The position numbers and the translations under genes are program-made. Source: Candidatus Iainarchaeum sp. (GTDB taxonomy: Archaea > Iainarchaeota > Iainarchaeia > Iainarchaeales > DTGL01). Taken from it: a DNA stretch of 24,481 nt. The notes under the pieces are model-generated. The model worked only from the letters and a program-made list of their open reading frames with translations, was not told the DNA's origin and ran no database searches. This document shows, in pieces, positions 24,236-24,481 of this stretch (position 1 is its first letter; every line of letters starts with the position of its first letter). The stretch lies in assembly GCA_038886995.1 (NCBI GenBank), contig JAWALG010000014.1:1-24481 (forward strand), given 5' to 3'.

Positions 24236-24481
24236 ATGTCAGCCAAAAACTCAGAAAATCTTTTAAGAGTGGGTGCAGAAGCAAAAGTTTTTGACTCAAC
24301 TTGGCATGGGCTCGCTGCAATAAGAAAGGTACGCGTTAGGAAGGAATACAGACACAAAAAACTTGATGAGCTACTTGCAATTACGAGGACAAAAAGGGAA
24401 ATTGCACTGCTGCACAAAGTAAAAATGTGTGGTATTAATGCCCCATTTGTTTTGGACTACAGACAAGACGAAAGGGAGATT
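24236..24481 (+). CDS. bud32: KEOPS complex kinase/ATPase Bud32, 3'-truncated by the window edge (not in the ORF track)
   Basis: Manual translation: MSAKNSENLLRVGAEAKVFDSTWHGLAAIRKVRVRKEYRHKKLDELLAITRTKREIALLHKVKMCGINAPFVLDY. GAEA and K.R..K.YRH..LD..L...RT..E are Bud32 signatures. Confidence 0.92.
   Translation, partial: MSAKNSENLLRVGAEAKVFDSTWHGLAAIRKVRVRKEYRHKKLDELLAITRTKREIALLHKVKMCGINAPFVLDYRQDEREI

Noticed and set aside
23616-24417. 234-aa and 117-aa minus-strand ORFs
   Set aside because: They are antisense to secD and bud32, both strongly supported on the plus strand.

Overview
Archaeal chromosomal segment, most consistent with a DPANN lineage. Ca. Diapherotrites/Iainarchaeota is my best guess from gene content and motif variants, not a tested assignment. 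The left ~14 kb is dominated by large modular cell-surface proteins. The first is the 3' part of a repeat-containing, Cys-rich, membrane-anchored protein (open from base 2 to 1810, with a perfect 127-bp internal repeat). A closely spaced pair of giants follows: a 1685-aa N-anchored protein with four PKD domains, and a 1549-aa secreted mosaic with FlgD/T9SS-CTD-like Ig domains, Cys-rich modules, three H-type-lectin-like repeats and a PKD domain. Between these lie a small putative ssDNA-binding protein and the Hel308 helicase. The right ~10 kb is a core cluster: orc1/cdc6, sepF, PolD large and small subunits, a UPF0147 protein, secF, secD and the 5' part of bud32. The best candidate for an undescribed system is the anchor-plus-secreted giant protein pair, a possible two-component S-layer or host-attachment apparatus with swappable modules. 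Also notable are non-canonical active-site motifs in both PolD subunits and an atypical Cdc6 recognition helix with no canonical ORB nearby. No rRNA, tRNA, CRISPR array, intein or mobile element was recognised. All family calls come from motif recognition by eye; no searches were run.
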